A stretch of 64,000 nucleotides of DNA from an uncultured virus (IMG/VR IMGVR_UViG_3300042154_002181). Its lineage: Duplodnaviria; Heunggongvirae; Uroviricota; Caudoviricetes. A program made the translations under genes and the position numbers. The notes below the pieces were generated by a model. That model saw only the letters and a program-made list of their open reading frames with translations. It made no database searches and had not been told where the DNA came from. Shown here piece after piece: positions 21,316 through 29,471 of the stretch. The stretch is taken from the IMG/VR virus record IMGVR_UViG_3300042154_002181; one strand, given 5' to 3'. Position 1 is the stretch's first letter, and each line of letters begins with the position of its first letter.

Positions 21316-21579
21316 GTGACAGACTTTTTAATAGATCTACTTAAGAAAACCAGATTAGCAAAACCAGTCGGTTCTCAAACTCAGTATTATATTAGAGGCA
21401 AAAGAGAAGATGCCCCTAGTATAACATCTAATTTTTCATTTGCAAACCAACAGGTAAATAATATACTTCCTGGAACAAATGAAAGTGCTCCTCCGACTCC
21501 GGTAATATCTACGTATCTTAATACAGAATCTAATGATGTTCTGACTGCAGAGAACGATAATAAATTAATAATAGAATAA
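21316..21579 (+). CDS. Small structural / tail fibre adaptor-like protein
   Basis: C-terminal YLNTESNDVLTAENDNKLIIE; overlaps start of the downstream fibre-like gene. Confidence 0.5.
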   Translation: MTDFLIDLLKKTRLAKPVGSQTQYYIRGKREDAPSITSNFSFANQQVNNILPGTNESAPPTPVISTYLNTESNDVLTAENDNKLIIE

Positions 21580-22763
21580 TGGCAGACATAAAAATTAGTG
21601 CATTACCAGCAGTAACTTCAGTAGTTTCATCAGACATATTTCCTACTGTAGCAGGATCAACTACATCAAAAATAACTACAAAAAATTTAGCAGATTCACT
21701 AACTCAAGTAAGTTCATCTATAAGCGCATCTTTTGCAATAACAGCTAGCTATGTTTTAGGCGGTGGAAACACTATTAATACGTCTTCATTTATTACCACA
21801 GGTAGTGCGTCGTCTACCCAATCTATATCAGGATCTCTTTTAATAAGTGGATCTATTATACCAGCGGTAAGTGGAGTATCTTCTACGTCTTCATTTAATT
21901 TAGGTTCTGCAACTAATGCGTGGAAAGATATCTACGTTTCTGATGGAACTATAAATTTTATAAATGGAGCAGGTATTGTTCAAGGTACTCTGTCTTCGGT
22001 ATCAGGCGGATTACAGTTAGGAAATTCTATAGTATCTGGAAATCTTGATATTTCTGGTAGTATTGGTTTTGTAGATTCTTTAAATACAAGTCTTTATGGA
22101 GCCGATTATATATCAGGTAGATATTTAGCGGGCACTCCTACATATAGAGGTATTTTTAATCCGGGGTTCACTACAGGTAGTATTCAACCAGTTATTTCAA
22201 CAGATTGGACTGTATCTTATGCAGTAGTTGGATCGGGAATATTTCAAAATACCAAGTACGTAACAAGCGATCTTGGCATAGGACTGGAGTATAATAATTT
22301 TCAATCTCCTGCAAAAGCTTCTCCAGCAATAAAAATAGCCTTTAATTCTAGTATATCTGAATTTAATTCAAGCACAAATATATACGAAGCAGGATATTCT
22401 ACGATTGTTACTAATAATCGTAATTTGAGTAACCTTGAAGCTGCTACAGATTGGTCTTTCCAGTTTGGAACTTACCACGCTTTAACAGTAACAGGCAGTT
22501 TCTTATCTAGAGATAATACAAATCTAGGTACAAATATAAATAATTATACTAGAATAACAGGAAACCTACGCATAACTGGATCTGCTAATATAACGGGTTC
22601 TTTGAACACATCAGGATCTTTCACACATACAGGAGGATATACTATTTTAACTAACGTATCATCTAGTTTAAACTTTTTGGACGATGCAGCAGCAGCATCC
22701 GGCGGAGTTCCATTAGGAGGTCTATATAGAAATGGAAATGCCATACAGATAAGATTAGTATAA
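21579..22763 (+). CDS. Tail fibre-like Ser/Thr/Gly-rich structural protein
   Basis: N-terminal ADIKISALP; repeated (S/T)GS; C-terminal DDAAAASGGVPLGGLYRNG. Confidence 0.65.
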   Translation: MADIKISALPAVTSVVSSDIFPTVAGSTTSKITTKNLADSLTQVSSSISASFAITASYVLGGGNTINTSSFITTGSASSTQSISGSLLISGSIIPAVSGVSSTSSFNLGSATNAWKDIYVSDGTINFINGAGIVQGTLSSVSGGLQLGNSIVSGNLDISGSIGFVDSLNTSLYGADYISGRYLAGTPTYRGIFNPGFTTGSIQPVISTDWTVSYAVVGSGIFQNTKYVTSDLGIGLEYNNFQSPAKASPAIKIAFNSSISEFNSSTNIYEAGYSTIVTNNRNLSNLEAATDWSFQFGTYHALTVTGSFLSRDNTNLGTNINNYTRITGNLRITGSANITGSLNTSGSFTHTGGYTILTNVSSSLNFLDDAAAASGGVPLGGLYRNGNAIQIRLV

Positions 22764-22784
22764 TTAATATAAAAAAAGAATAAG

Positions 22785-22807
22785 AGCCCTCTTCGGAGGG
22801 CTTTTTT
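22785..22807 (+). terminator. Intrinsic terminator (repeat copy 1)
   Basis: AGCCCTC-TTCG-GAGGGCT plus T run. Confidence 0.9.
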
Positions 22808-22822
22808 AATATTTATTCTTAC

Positions 22823-23707
22823 ATGCCTATAAGCTTTATAAATAATAATAACCAAGGACAGATATCACTTCAAAATCTAGGCATAGGAGGAAGTTTTGCT
22901 TTGTATGCAAGTATAACGTCGAGTCTTCCTTCTGTTACAGGATCTGTTTATACTCAAATAGATACTATCATACCTTATTTAAGAGCTAATAGTGGTAGCT
23001 TAAGAAACCCAAATTTCTTTACATATTTCTTAGACGGAAATGCTTACCAAATAAGTGATGGAGGTAATGACATGTTTGATAATGGCAATTATACAGCGCC
23101 ATGGTTACGTAATAACACAAACTATACAAATGGTAGTACTATACCTATACCAAGCCCTGCATTAAACTATAGTTCTCAATCTGCTACTTTAACTGATACA
23201 AATTTTTATTATGCGTCTTTAGGATACAGTCAATCAACTGGTTCGTTCCCAAGCGGAAACCAAAATGGAAGATTTCACCCATTAACATTAATAGGGGCTA
23301 GAAGTGGATCAGGACCGATAGGATTTCAAAAAGCAGGGAATATTGGAGCTGACGGCCTTGGATTTCTAATATCAGGAAGCATATATTCTGGCTCAGTAGT
23401 TAATGGGTTTACAACTTACGCAACCTACCGCCAGACACATGGACAATCAGCAGACCCATCAATATGTGATGTGTATGTTTTACTAGGACATCCTAATTGG
23501 GGATCTGTATTCGGTACAGTAGTATCTAGCTCTCTAGTCGGAACTCAATTGCAAGGAGCTGCTTTATATGCTACAGGATCCTCTAGTGAAATACTAGCTA
23601 TGGTTACTTTATTAAGTAGAACATCGTCATTAGCAATTCCAGATAGTGATATTAAAACTGTAGTAGATAACTATGTTTCTTTAGTAAAGCAAGTTTTAAA
23701 CTACTAA
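22823..23707 (+). CDS. Hypothetical Ser/Gly-rich virion protein
   Basis: 294 aa; many SGS/TGS; preceded by ATATTTAT. Confidence 0.55.
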   Translation: MPISFINNNNQGQISLQNLGIGGSFALYASITSSLPSVTGSVYTQIDTIIPYLRANSGSLRNPNFFTYFLDGNAYQISDGGNDMFDNGNYTAPWLRNNTNYTNGSTIPIPSPALNYSSQSATLTDTNFYYASLGYSQSTGSFPSGNQNGRFHPLTLIGARSGSGPIGFQKAGNIGADGLGFLISGSIYSGSVVNGFTTYATYRQTHGQSADPSICDVYVLLGHPNWGSVFGTVVSSSLVGTQLQGAALYATGSSSEILAMVTLLSRTSSLAIPDSDIKTVVDNYVSLVKQVLNY

Positions 23708-23734
23708 CTTATTTTTTAATCAAATTTTATCAAG

Positions 23735-23914
23735 TTGAAAAAAGAGTTAATAGATGGTATTCATTACTATCTAGAGAAAGGCAAAGTAATATTTACTCAA
23801 CAATTTCATTTAGATAGAGGATTTTGCTGTGGAAATAAATGTCGCCATTGTCCTTTTTATCCAAAGTATATAAAAGGTACTACAAAAATAAATGAAAAAG
23901 AATCAGAAGAATAG
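23735..23914 (+). CDS. Small Cys-rich protein (DUF5522-like), not in ORF track
   Basis: TTG start, 59 aa: MKKELIDGIHYYLEKGKVIFTQQFHLDRGFCCGNKCRHCPFYPK... Confidence 0.7.
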   Translation: MKKELIDGIHYYLEKGKVIFTQQFHLDRGFCCGNKCRHCPFYPKYIKGTTKINEKESEE

Positions 23915-23937
23915 TTTATATTTAATAAAATAATATT

Positions 23938-24147
23938 ATGACAATAACAATTAATCCTGAATATGTGTATCTAGGCGTAGTTTTAATTCTTATGCTAATT
24001 CAGGTTTTTCAATGGATATCTATATCTAAACTTAAAAAAGAGATATCTAGCATGTGGACTCAAGTAAGCATAATTGCTGTTTCATCTGGCACTATATTAG
24101 AAAAAATGGAAAAAAAGATAGATGCAAAAGAAGATAAAAAAATCTGA
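23938..24147 (+). CDS. Small membrane protein
   Basis: N-terminal hydrophobic helix followed by coiled-coil-like segment. Confidence 0.55.
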   Translation: MTITINPEYVYLGVVLILMLIQVFQWISISKLKKEISSMWTQVSIIAVSSGTILEKMEKKIDAKEDKKI

Positions 24148-24304
24148 GGGTTTAGGTGATACCATAGCAAAATTTACACATTTTACAGGCTTAGATATTC
24201 TAGCAGATAAAATAGCTAAATTATTAGGTAAAGAAGATTGCGGTTGCGATAGAAGGCGAACAAAACTAAATAAGATGGTTCCCTATGATAAAAATAAAAA
24301 ATAG
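24122..24304 (+). CDS. Small phage hypothetical protein (CGC motif)
   Basis: GLGDTIAKFT...DCGCDRRR.KLN. Confidence 0.6.
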   Translation: MQKKIKKSEGLGDTIAKFTHFTGLDILADKIAKLLGKEDCGCDRRRTKLNKMVPYDKNKK

Positions 24305-24306
24305 TT

Positions 24307-25326
24307 ATGAAAATAGAACAATTTGAAAAGCTTAAAGTTAAATTTGAAGTCCTTAAGTTAGAGAAAAACTTTTTTACGCTAGATAGAGTCTTATACTATT
24401 TCTCTTTTCTAGGTAATATCTTTTTGATTTACTTTGGATACTTCTTTATTAAATCTATTACAGATACACTCCCTGATTTATTTCCATATCAAGATATTTT
24501 CTTAGCAATCTTTATAGGGTTATTCCTTACAGGGTATGAACTAACTAAAAGATTTGTAGTACAGCAATTTACTATCTCTGCTCTACAGATTAGAAAGTTC
24601 ACCTATGGATTACTTTTCGGTTTAATAGCATCTATAGGTCTTGTAGCGGGATCATTTTATCTTTCTTTGAACGGTGCTCATAGACTAGTTGATTCAACAG
24701 AACAAATTCAACAAACAATAGATCAGAGTGTATCAATAAAAGCAGACTCGATAGCTAGATACTACGATCAAGAAATACAGTATTATAGAATACAGCCTGC
24801 AAAAACCAGACAAGATAGAAAATATAGAGATTCTATTGTAGCTGCCTTACAAATTACTAAAGATCAAAAGTTAAGTAAGATAGAAGTTAAAACAGAAGAT
24901 AAATCTAAATTAGTTATAGATAAGAATGAAGAGAACGGCACTGCATTTGTATTCATGACTTTCTTTCTAGAGTTCATTATCATTTTAGGCGTAGGCTTTA
25001 ATTCATTCTATTTATTAGGCTCTTATAATGAAACTAAACAACTGTTATCAACTCCTAAATACAAGCAACTAGAACTAAACTTAAAATTCCTAAAACTATA
25101 TTTTCAAGCAGGGAAAAAATTAAAGGGAGATCAAACCATATCTGCTAGTAAATTAATTTCTGTAGTAAAAAATCAAAAGTTAGGATGCACTCAGTCCGAA
25201 GTAAGAAACTTTATAGTATTGTGTTCTGAGCTAGGTATTATAAAAGAAGTAAGGTCTAGAAGAAAAGAGTATCAAGTAGACTACGAAGAAGCTAAGAAAT
25301 TAATGCTCAAAGACGAATTACTGTAG
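24307..25326 (+). CDS. Multi-pass membrane protein
   Basis: About 4 hydrophobic segments with a soluble loop and C-terminal domain. Confidence 0.6.
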   Translation: MKIEQFEKLKVKFEVLKLEKNFFTLDRVLYYFSFLGNIFLIYFGYFFIKSITDTLPDLFPYQDIFLAIFIGLFLTGYELTKRFVVQQFTISALQIRKFTYGLLFGLIASIGLVAGSFYLSLNGAHRLVDSTEQIQQTIDQSVSIKADSIARYYDQEIQYYRIQPAKTRQDRKYRDSIVAALQITKDQKLSKIEVKTEDKSKLVIDKNEENGTAFVFMTFFLEFIIILGVGFNSFYLLGSYNETKQLLSTPKYKQLELNLKFLKLYFQAGKKLKGDQTISASKLISVVKNQKLGCTQSEVRNFIVLCSELGIIKEVRSRRKEYQVDYEEAKKLMLKDELL

Positions 25327-25369
25327 AATTTTATTTTTTCCTTTCATTTTCTTATTGTAAATTAGTAGT

Positions 25370-27676
25370 ATGAATAAAAGTTATGTTACAGTAGACACTA
25401 TTGATAAGCTGAAAGACATGGTCCAGCATATCAAAGACAATGAGATAATCGCATTCGATACAGAGACTAATAGTCTTAATCCTAGAAAGGGTAAAATCAT
25501 TGGCTTCTCCGTATCTGGAGAAGTTGGCAAAGGCTATTACATGCCTACAATGATATTCAAAGATGAGCTACTTCAAGACGCTCATATCGAAGGGCAGCTT
25601 GCTCATGATCTTGCTAAGAAAACAATCTTACTACTTATTGGAAAAAAGCTTGTGATGCACAACGCATCCTTTGACGTTAGATTTGTCAAATGTTTCTATG
25701 ATATAGATTTACTTCCTTCACTCCATGTAGATACAATGTTACTCGTTCATACAGTAAAAGAGGAAGGCGCCGGCTTTATGGGAGGTTCTGCATTCGGTCT
25801 TAAAGACATTGCCAAAATGATTCAAAAACATATTGGTCTAGATGTTGAAATGGCTGCAAATGAAGAGCAAATCAAAATGAAAGAGTCTATCAAAAATAAT
25901 GGTGGCACAATTACAAGAGAGAACTACGAGATCTGGAAAGCAGATCTTGAATTATTATCAGAATACGCATCAGCAGATACCGATTTAACACTCAGAGTGT
26001 ATCACCACTTCATGGCTATATTGAAAGAAGAGAATCTAGAACAATTCTTCTTTGAAGATGAGGTGATGCCTTTGTATAAAGAGGTTACTATTCCTATGGA
26101 ACAAGTTGGCATAAAGCTTGACATGGAAATTATAAAATCTAGTCGTGCCAAAATTATAGAAAAGCTACGAGAATATGAAACTCTCGTTACAAAAGAGTTG
26201 TTACAAAAGCCTGATGTAAGAGCTTGGGTTGTTATGAAAGCAACTGAAGCTTACCCTCCTAATAACAAAGGCACATTTGCTCAAGAGCTTGTAAAAGAAA
26301 TGAAGTTTGATCTAGAGCAGTCTGAAAAGACTGGCAAATATAGTATTACTAAGTCATCTTTAATGAGACTTCCTGAATGTTCTACTAAACACTTCTTAAT
26401 ACACGGAGATCCCTCAGTACTTGATAAAGATGTGTCAATGAAAATTAGTATGAGATTGTGGAAAGAAGATAATGACGGAGACTATTTTAACATTCAATCT
26501 AAAGATCAAATGGGTGAAATCGCTTTCGGTGTTCTAGGTATTAAACCTCTGTCTACCACTAAGACCGGCAAACCTCAGTTTGATGATGACACTGTGCAAT
26601 CAATTGCCGGCAAATATGACTGGGCAAAAAGCCTACGTATTTACAATAGGCTACTTAAGATCAAGAGTACGTACATGGATCGTTTCTTAGATGCTCAAGA
26701 AGACGGTAGATATTACTTCTATTATAAACAACATGGCACAGTATCAGGCCGTTATGGTTCTGATGCACAACAGCTTCCTAGACCTAAAGAAGAAGGCGAC
26801 GATGATCCGATAGTTATCGAGTATAATAACTTGATTAGAGCGTTCTTTATTCATGAAGAACATAATGTGTTTATAGATGATGATTACTCTTCTCTAGAAC
26901 CGAGTGCGTTTGCTCACGTATCTGGTGATGAAGGTCTTATGGATATATTCCGTAATAACTGGGACTTCTATTCTACTATCGCAATTAAAACTGAAGGATA
27001 TAGCGATTACTCTCCTGATAAAAATGCTCCTAACTTTTTGAGAAAGCATCTGCCTAAAGTTCGTAATAAGGCAAAGGCATATGCCCTAGGTATTCCTTAT
27101 GGTATGGGAGCTTATGCACTAGGTATGAATCTAGGAGTTTCAACAAAAGAAGCTAAGGTACTAATAGATGGATATCTTAATGGGTTTCCTGAGCTTAAAA
27201 AGTGGATGCTTAAATCAAAAGAGTTTGTTAAAAAGAACGGCTATATTAAAACACAGGTTGGTAGGATAAGGCACCTTCCTAAAGTAAAAGCCATCTATGA
27301 TAAAATTGGTGATGACTTACTTGACTGGAATATCAAGAAAGAAATGGAAAGACAATACGGCGTAGATCAAATAAAGAGCTTATCAAGAGACTATATTAAT
27401 GGTCTAAATAATGGATGCAACGTACAAATACAAGGTCTAGCAGCATCAATAGTTAATAGAGCTGCGCTTGCTATTAATAGGAGATTTAAGCAATCAGGCA
27501 TAAATGGCTGGGTATGCGCCCAGATCCATGATCAGCTAGTAATTGAGGTAGAACACGCAAAAGCAAAAGAAGCGGCCAGTATCGTCCAGGATTGCATGGA
27601 AAATACGACTAAACTAAATGTACCTTTGTACGCTATTCCTCAGATAGCAAAGAATCTTAGAGACGGTCATGCCTAA
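25370..27676 (+). CDS. polA: DNA polymerase family A with 3'-5' exonuclease
   Basis: ExoI FDTET, ExoII HNASFD, ExoIII YASAD; GTVSGR; motif A DDYSSLE, motif B KAYALGIPYG, motif C QIHDQL. Confidence 0.95.
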   Translation: MNKSYVTVDTIDKLKDMVQHIKDNEIIAFDTETNSLNPRKGKIIGFSVSGEVGKGYYMPTMIFKDELLQDAHIEGQLAHDLAKKTILLLIGKKLVMHNASFDVRFVKCFYDIDLLPSLHVDTMLLVHTVKEEGAGFMGGSAFGLKDIAKMIQKHIGLDVEMAANEEQIKMKESIKNNGGTITRENYEIWKADLELLSEYASADTDLTLRVYHHFMAILKEENLEQFFFEDEVMPLYKEVTIPMEQVGIKLDMEIIKSSRAKIIEKLREYETLVTKELLQKPDVRAWVVMKATEAYPPNNKGTFAQELVKEMKFDLEQSEKTGKYSITKSSLMRLPECSTKHFLIHGDPSVLDKDVSMKISMRLWKEDNDGDYFNIQSKDQMGEIAFGVLGIKPLSTTKTGKPQFDDDTVQSIAGKYDWAKSLRIYNRLLKIKSTYMDRFLDAQEDGRYYFYYKQHGTVSGRYGSDAQQLPRPKEEGDDDPIVIEYNNLIRAFFIHEEHNVFIDDDYSSLEPSAFAHVSGDEGLMDIFRNNWDFYSTIAIKTEGYSDYSPDKNAPNFLRKHLPKVRNKAKAYALGIPYGMGAYALGMNLGVSTKEAKVLIDGYLNGFPELKKWMLKSKEFVKKNGYIKTQVGRIRHLPKVKAIYDKIGDDLLDWNIKKEMERQYGVDQIKSLSRDYINGLNNGCNVQIQGLAASIVNRAALAINRRFKQSGINGWVCAQIHDQLVIEVEHAKAKEAASIVQDCMENTTKLNVPLYAIPQIAKNLRDGHA

Positions 27677-27694
27677 TTAATAAATGCGTAATAT

Positions 27695-27800
27695 TTATTA
27701 TAGATAGAAAGTTGCCGGAATCAGCTATCTATAATAACTTATTGGACTCATGGAGTATCGGTCATTCCGGGACCTTTACTTCCTCTGGGTCCATTTTTAT
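27695..27800 (+). ncRNA. Putative structured RNA: two hairpins with complementary (kissing) loops
   Basis: Stem 27695-27707/27725-27737 with loop CCGGAAT; stem 27743-27763/27771-27793 with loop ATTCCGG; the loops are exact reverse complements. Confidence 0.6.
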
Positions 27801-27803
27801 TTT

Positions 27804-28406
27804 ATGAAATTAATATACATATATGTTAAACAAAGTCCATTAGGACTATTATATTTAGGTAAAACTGAGCAAGATCCTTTTAAGTACAAAGGATCAGGTA
27901 AAGAATGGAAACAGCATCTGATAGAGAATAACATAAGCTCAGATCAAATTAAAACATACATATTGCATAAAACAATAGACAGGCAAAACTTAGAGTTAAT
28001 ATGTAGAATATACTCAGATCTTTTTAATGTCGCTAAAAGTAATAAATGGGCAAATATGAAAAAAGAGATAGGAGATGGTGGAACAGATAAGGGCCATTTA
28101 AAAGGCATAAAAAAGCCTGATCATAGTAAAAGAATGACGGGATCAGGTAATCCTAGATATAATAAACCTTTTAGTGAACAGACTATTAATAAAATGAAAG
28201 AAGTACAAAAAGGCAAGCATTTAGGATCACTTAGTTCATCCGCAGTTAAAGTTAATCAATATACATTAGACGGTGAGTTTATAAAAAGGTGGGATTCTAT
28301 AATAGAGGCCGAAAGATCTCTAGGAGTAATTCATCAGCATATTAGCAAAGTATGTAAAGGTATTAGAAACCAAACCGGAGGTTATAAGTGGTCTTATGCT
28401 ACTTAA
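27804..28406 (+). CDS. Free-standing GIY-YIG (Seg-like) homing endonuclease with NUMOD3/NUMOD1-like DNA-binding tail
   Basis: YIY...YLGKT..DP..YKGSG; W.N motif; G..NP.Y.K..SE.T..KM; V.QY.LDG.FI..W.S..EA.R...GGY.W. ATG 27804 is preferred over 27750. Confidence 0.85.
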   Translation: MKLIYIYVKQSPLGLLYLGKTEQDPFKYKGSGKEWKQHLIENNISSDQIKTYILHKTIDRQNLELICRIYSDLFNVAKSNKWANMKKEIGDGGTDKGHLKGIKKPDHSKRMTGSGNPRYNKPFSEQTINKMKEVQKGKHLGSLSSSAVKVNQYTLDGEFIKRWDSIIEAERSLGVIHQHISKVCKGIRNQTGGYKWSYAT

Positions 28407-28458
28407 AAGATTAATTTTATCTCTCTTCAATAATTGTATATATTTATATAAAAGGTAC

Positions 28459-28958
28459 TGTGAGTAGGCCTTTAGTTATGAAATAAACATTTATAAACCG
28501 TTCACCGTAAGGGAACACAAAACAAAACAATATGGGAATATTAAGACCATTCGAGCTCGATCCATTTGACTTGCTCTGGAAAGATCTCTTTGAATCAGCA
28601 CCACACTTTTCTGCAATTACGCAGAAGATATCACATCCAGTAGACATTTTTGAAACAGAAGACGGCATTCGATTTGAAGTAGCCGCAGTAGGCCTAGACA
28701 AGAACGATATAGATATCATTGTCGACGGTGATCAATTACGAATTACATACGAGAAACCAAATAAGCCTGAAGAGTCTCCAATATACAGAGGTATTAAGAG
28801 ATCATCTTTTAATCTTACTTGGAAAATTTCAACTAAGTTTGATCTAAACAAACTAGAAGCTTCCTTAGATAGAGGACTGCTAATTATAACAGTTCCTACA
28901 GCAGAAGGTACGGCTGTAAAGCAAATAAAAATTAAGTAAAAAAAAAGGCCTACTCACA
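28459..28958. repeat. 15-bp perfect inverted repeat flanking hsp20
   Basis: TGTGAGTAGGCCTTT (28459-28473) and AAAGGCCTACTCACA (28944-28958). Confidence 0.85.
28532..28939 (+). CDS. Small heat-shock protein (Hsp20/alpha-crystallin)
   Basis: PVDIFE, AAVGL...I.I, YRGIKR.SF, A.LDRGLL.I.VP. Confidence 0.92.
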   Translation: MGILRPFELDPFDLLWKDLFESAPHFSAITQKISHPVDIFETEDGIRFEVAAVGLDKNDIDIIVDGDQLRITYEKPNKPEESPIYRGIKRSSFNLTWKISTKFDLNKLEASLDRGLLIITVPTAEGTAVKQIKIK

Positions 28959-28967
28959 ACCTTAGTT

Positions 28968-29162
28968 ATGTTTCAACTGCACAGAAATTTTATTGACATC
29001 AATGGTGACTTATTTGAAGTCAAAAAAATCCTAAGAGAAGAGTTCGTAAACGGCAAAAACCTAGACGACTTTAAAATTTGGTATGGAGTAGAAGGTGTCT
29101 TCAAAAAAGATGGCCTACTCTATTTTTGTGTTAAAATAAATGAATTAGAAATTGTAAATTAA
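28968..29162 (+). CDS. Hypothetical protein
   Basis: 64-aa ORF between hsp20 and groES. Confidence 0.55.
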   Translation: MFQLHRNFIDINGDLFEVKKILREEFVNGKNLDDFKIWYGVEGVFKKDGLLYFCVKINELEIVN

Positions 29163-29166
29163 CATT

Positions 29167-29460
29167 ATGGATAAAAAAATAACCCCTCTAAATGGCTTTA
29201 TATTATTGAAGCCTATAGAAACAGAAGAAGAAACGTTTGGTAATATAATTATTCCAGACCTTGGTAAAGAAAGACCTGAAATGGGAGAAGTAGTTGGAAC
29301 ATCTGATGTCTACAACTATAACACAGACAAGCTAGTTATTTCAACTCTACAAGTTGGAGATGTCGTGTTGATTCCTAAACTAGGATCACAAAGAGTAGTA
29401 CTTGATGGACAAGACTATTTCATTTGTAAAGAATCAGATATATTTGCAGTTATCGAATAA
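29167..29460 (+). CDS. groES: Co-chaperonin GroES
   Basis: PL....LLKP, GNIIIPD..KE.P..GEVV, VGDVVL, ESDI.AVI. Confidence 0.93.
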   Translation: MDKKITPLNGFILLKPIETEEETFGNIIIPDLGKERPEMGEVVGTSDVYNYNTDKLVISTLQVGDVVLIPKLGSQRVVLDGQDYFICKESDIFAVIE

Positions 29461-29471
29461 ACAAAATCATT

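Noticed and set aside
27750..27803. N-terminal extension of the GIY-YIG ORF from ATG 27750
   Set aside because: It lies within the RNA hairpin, and the GIY-YIG motif starts right after ATG 27804.
27677..28440. Group I intron or intein hosting the endonuclease
   Set aside because: polA appears complete before its stop, no downstream exon is evident, and the non-coding flanks are too short for an intron core.
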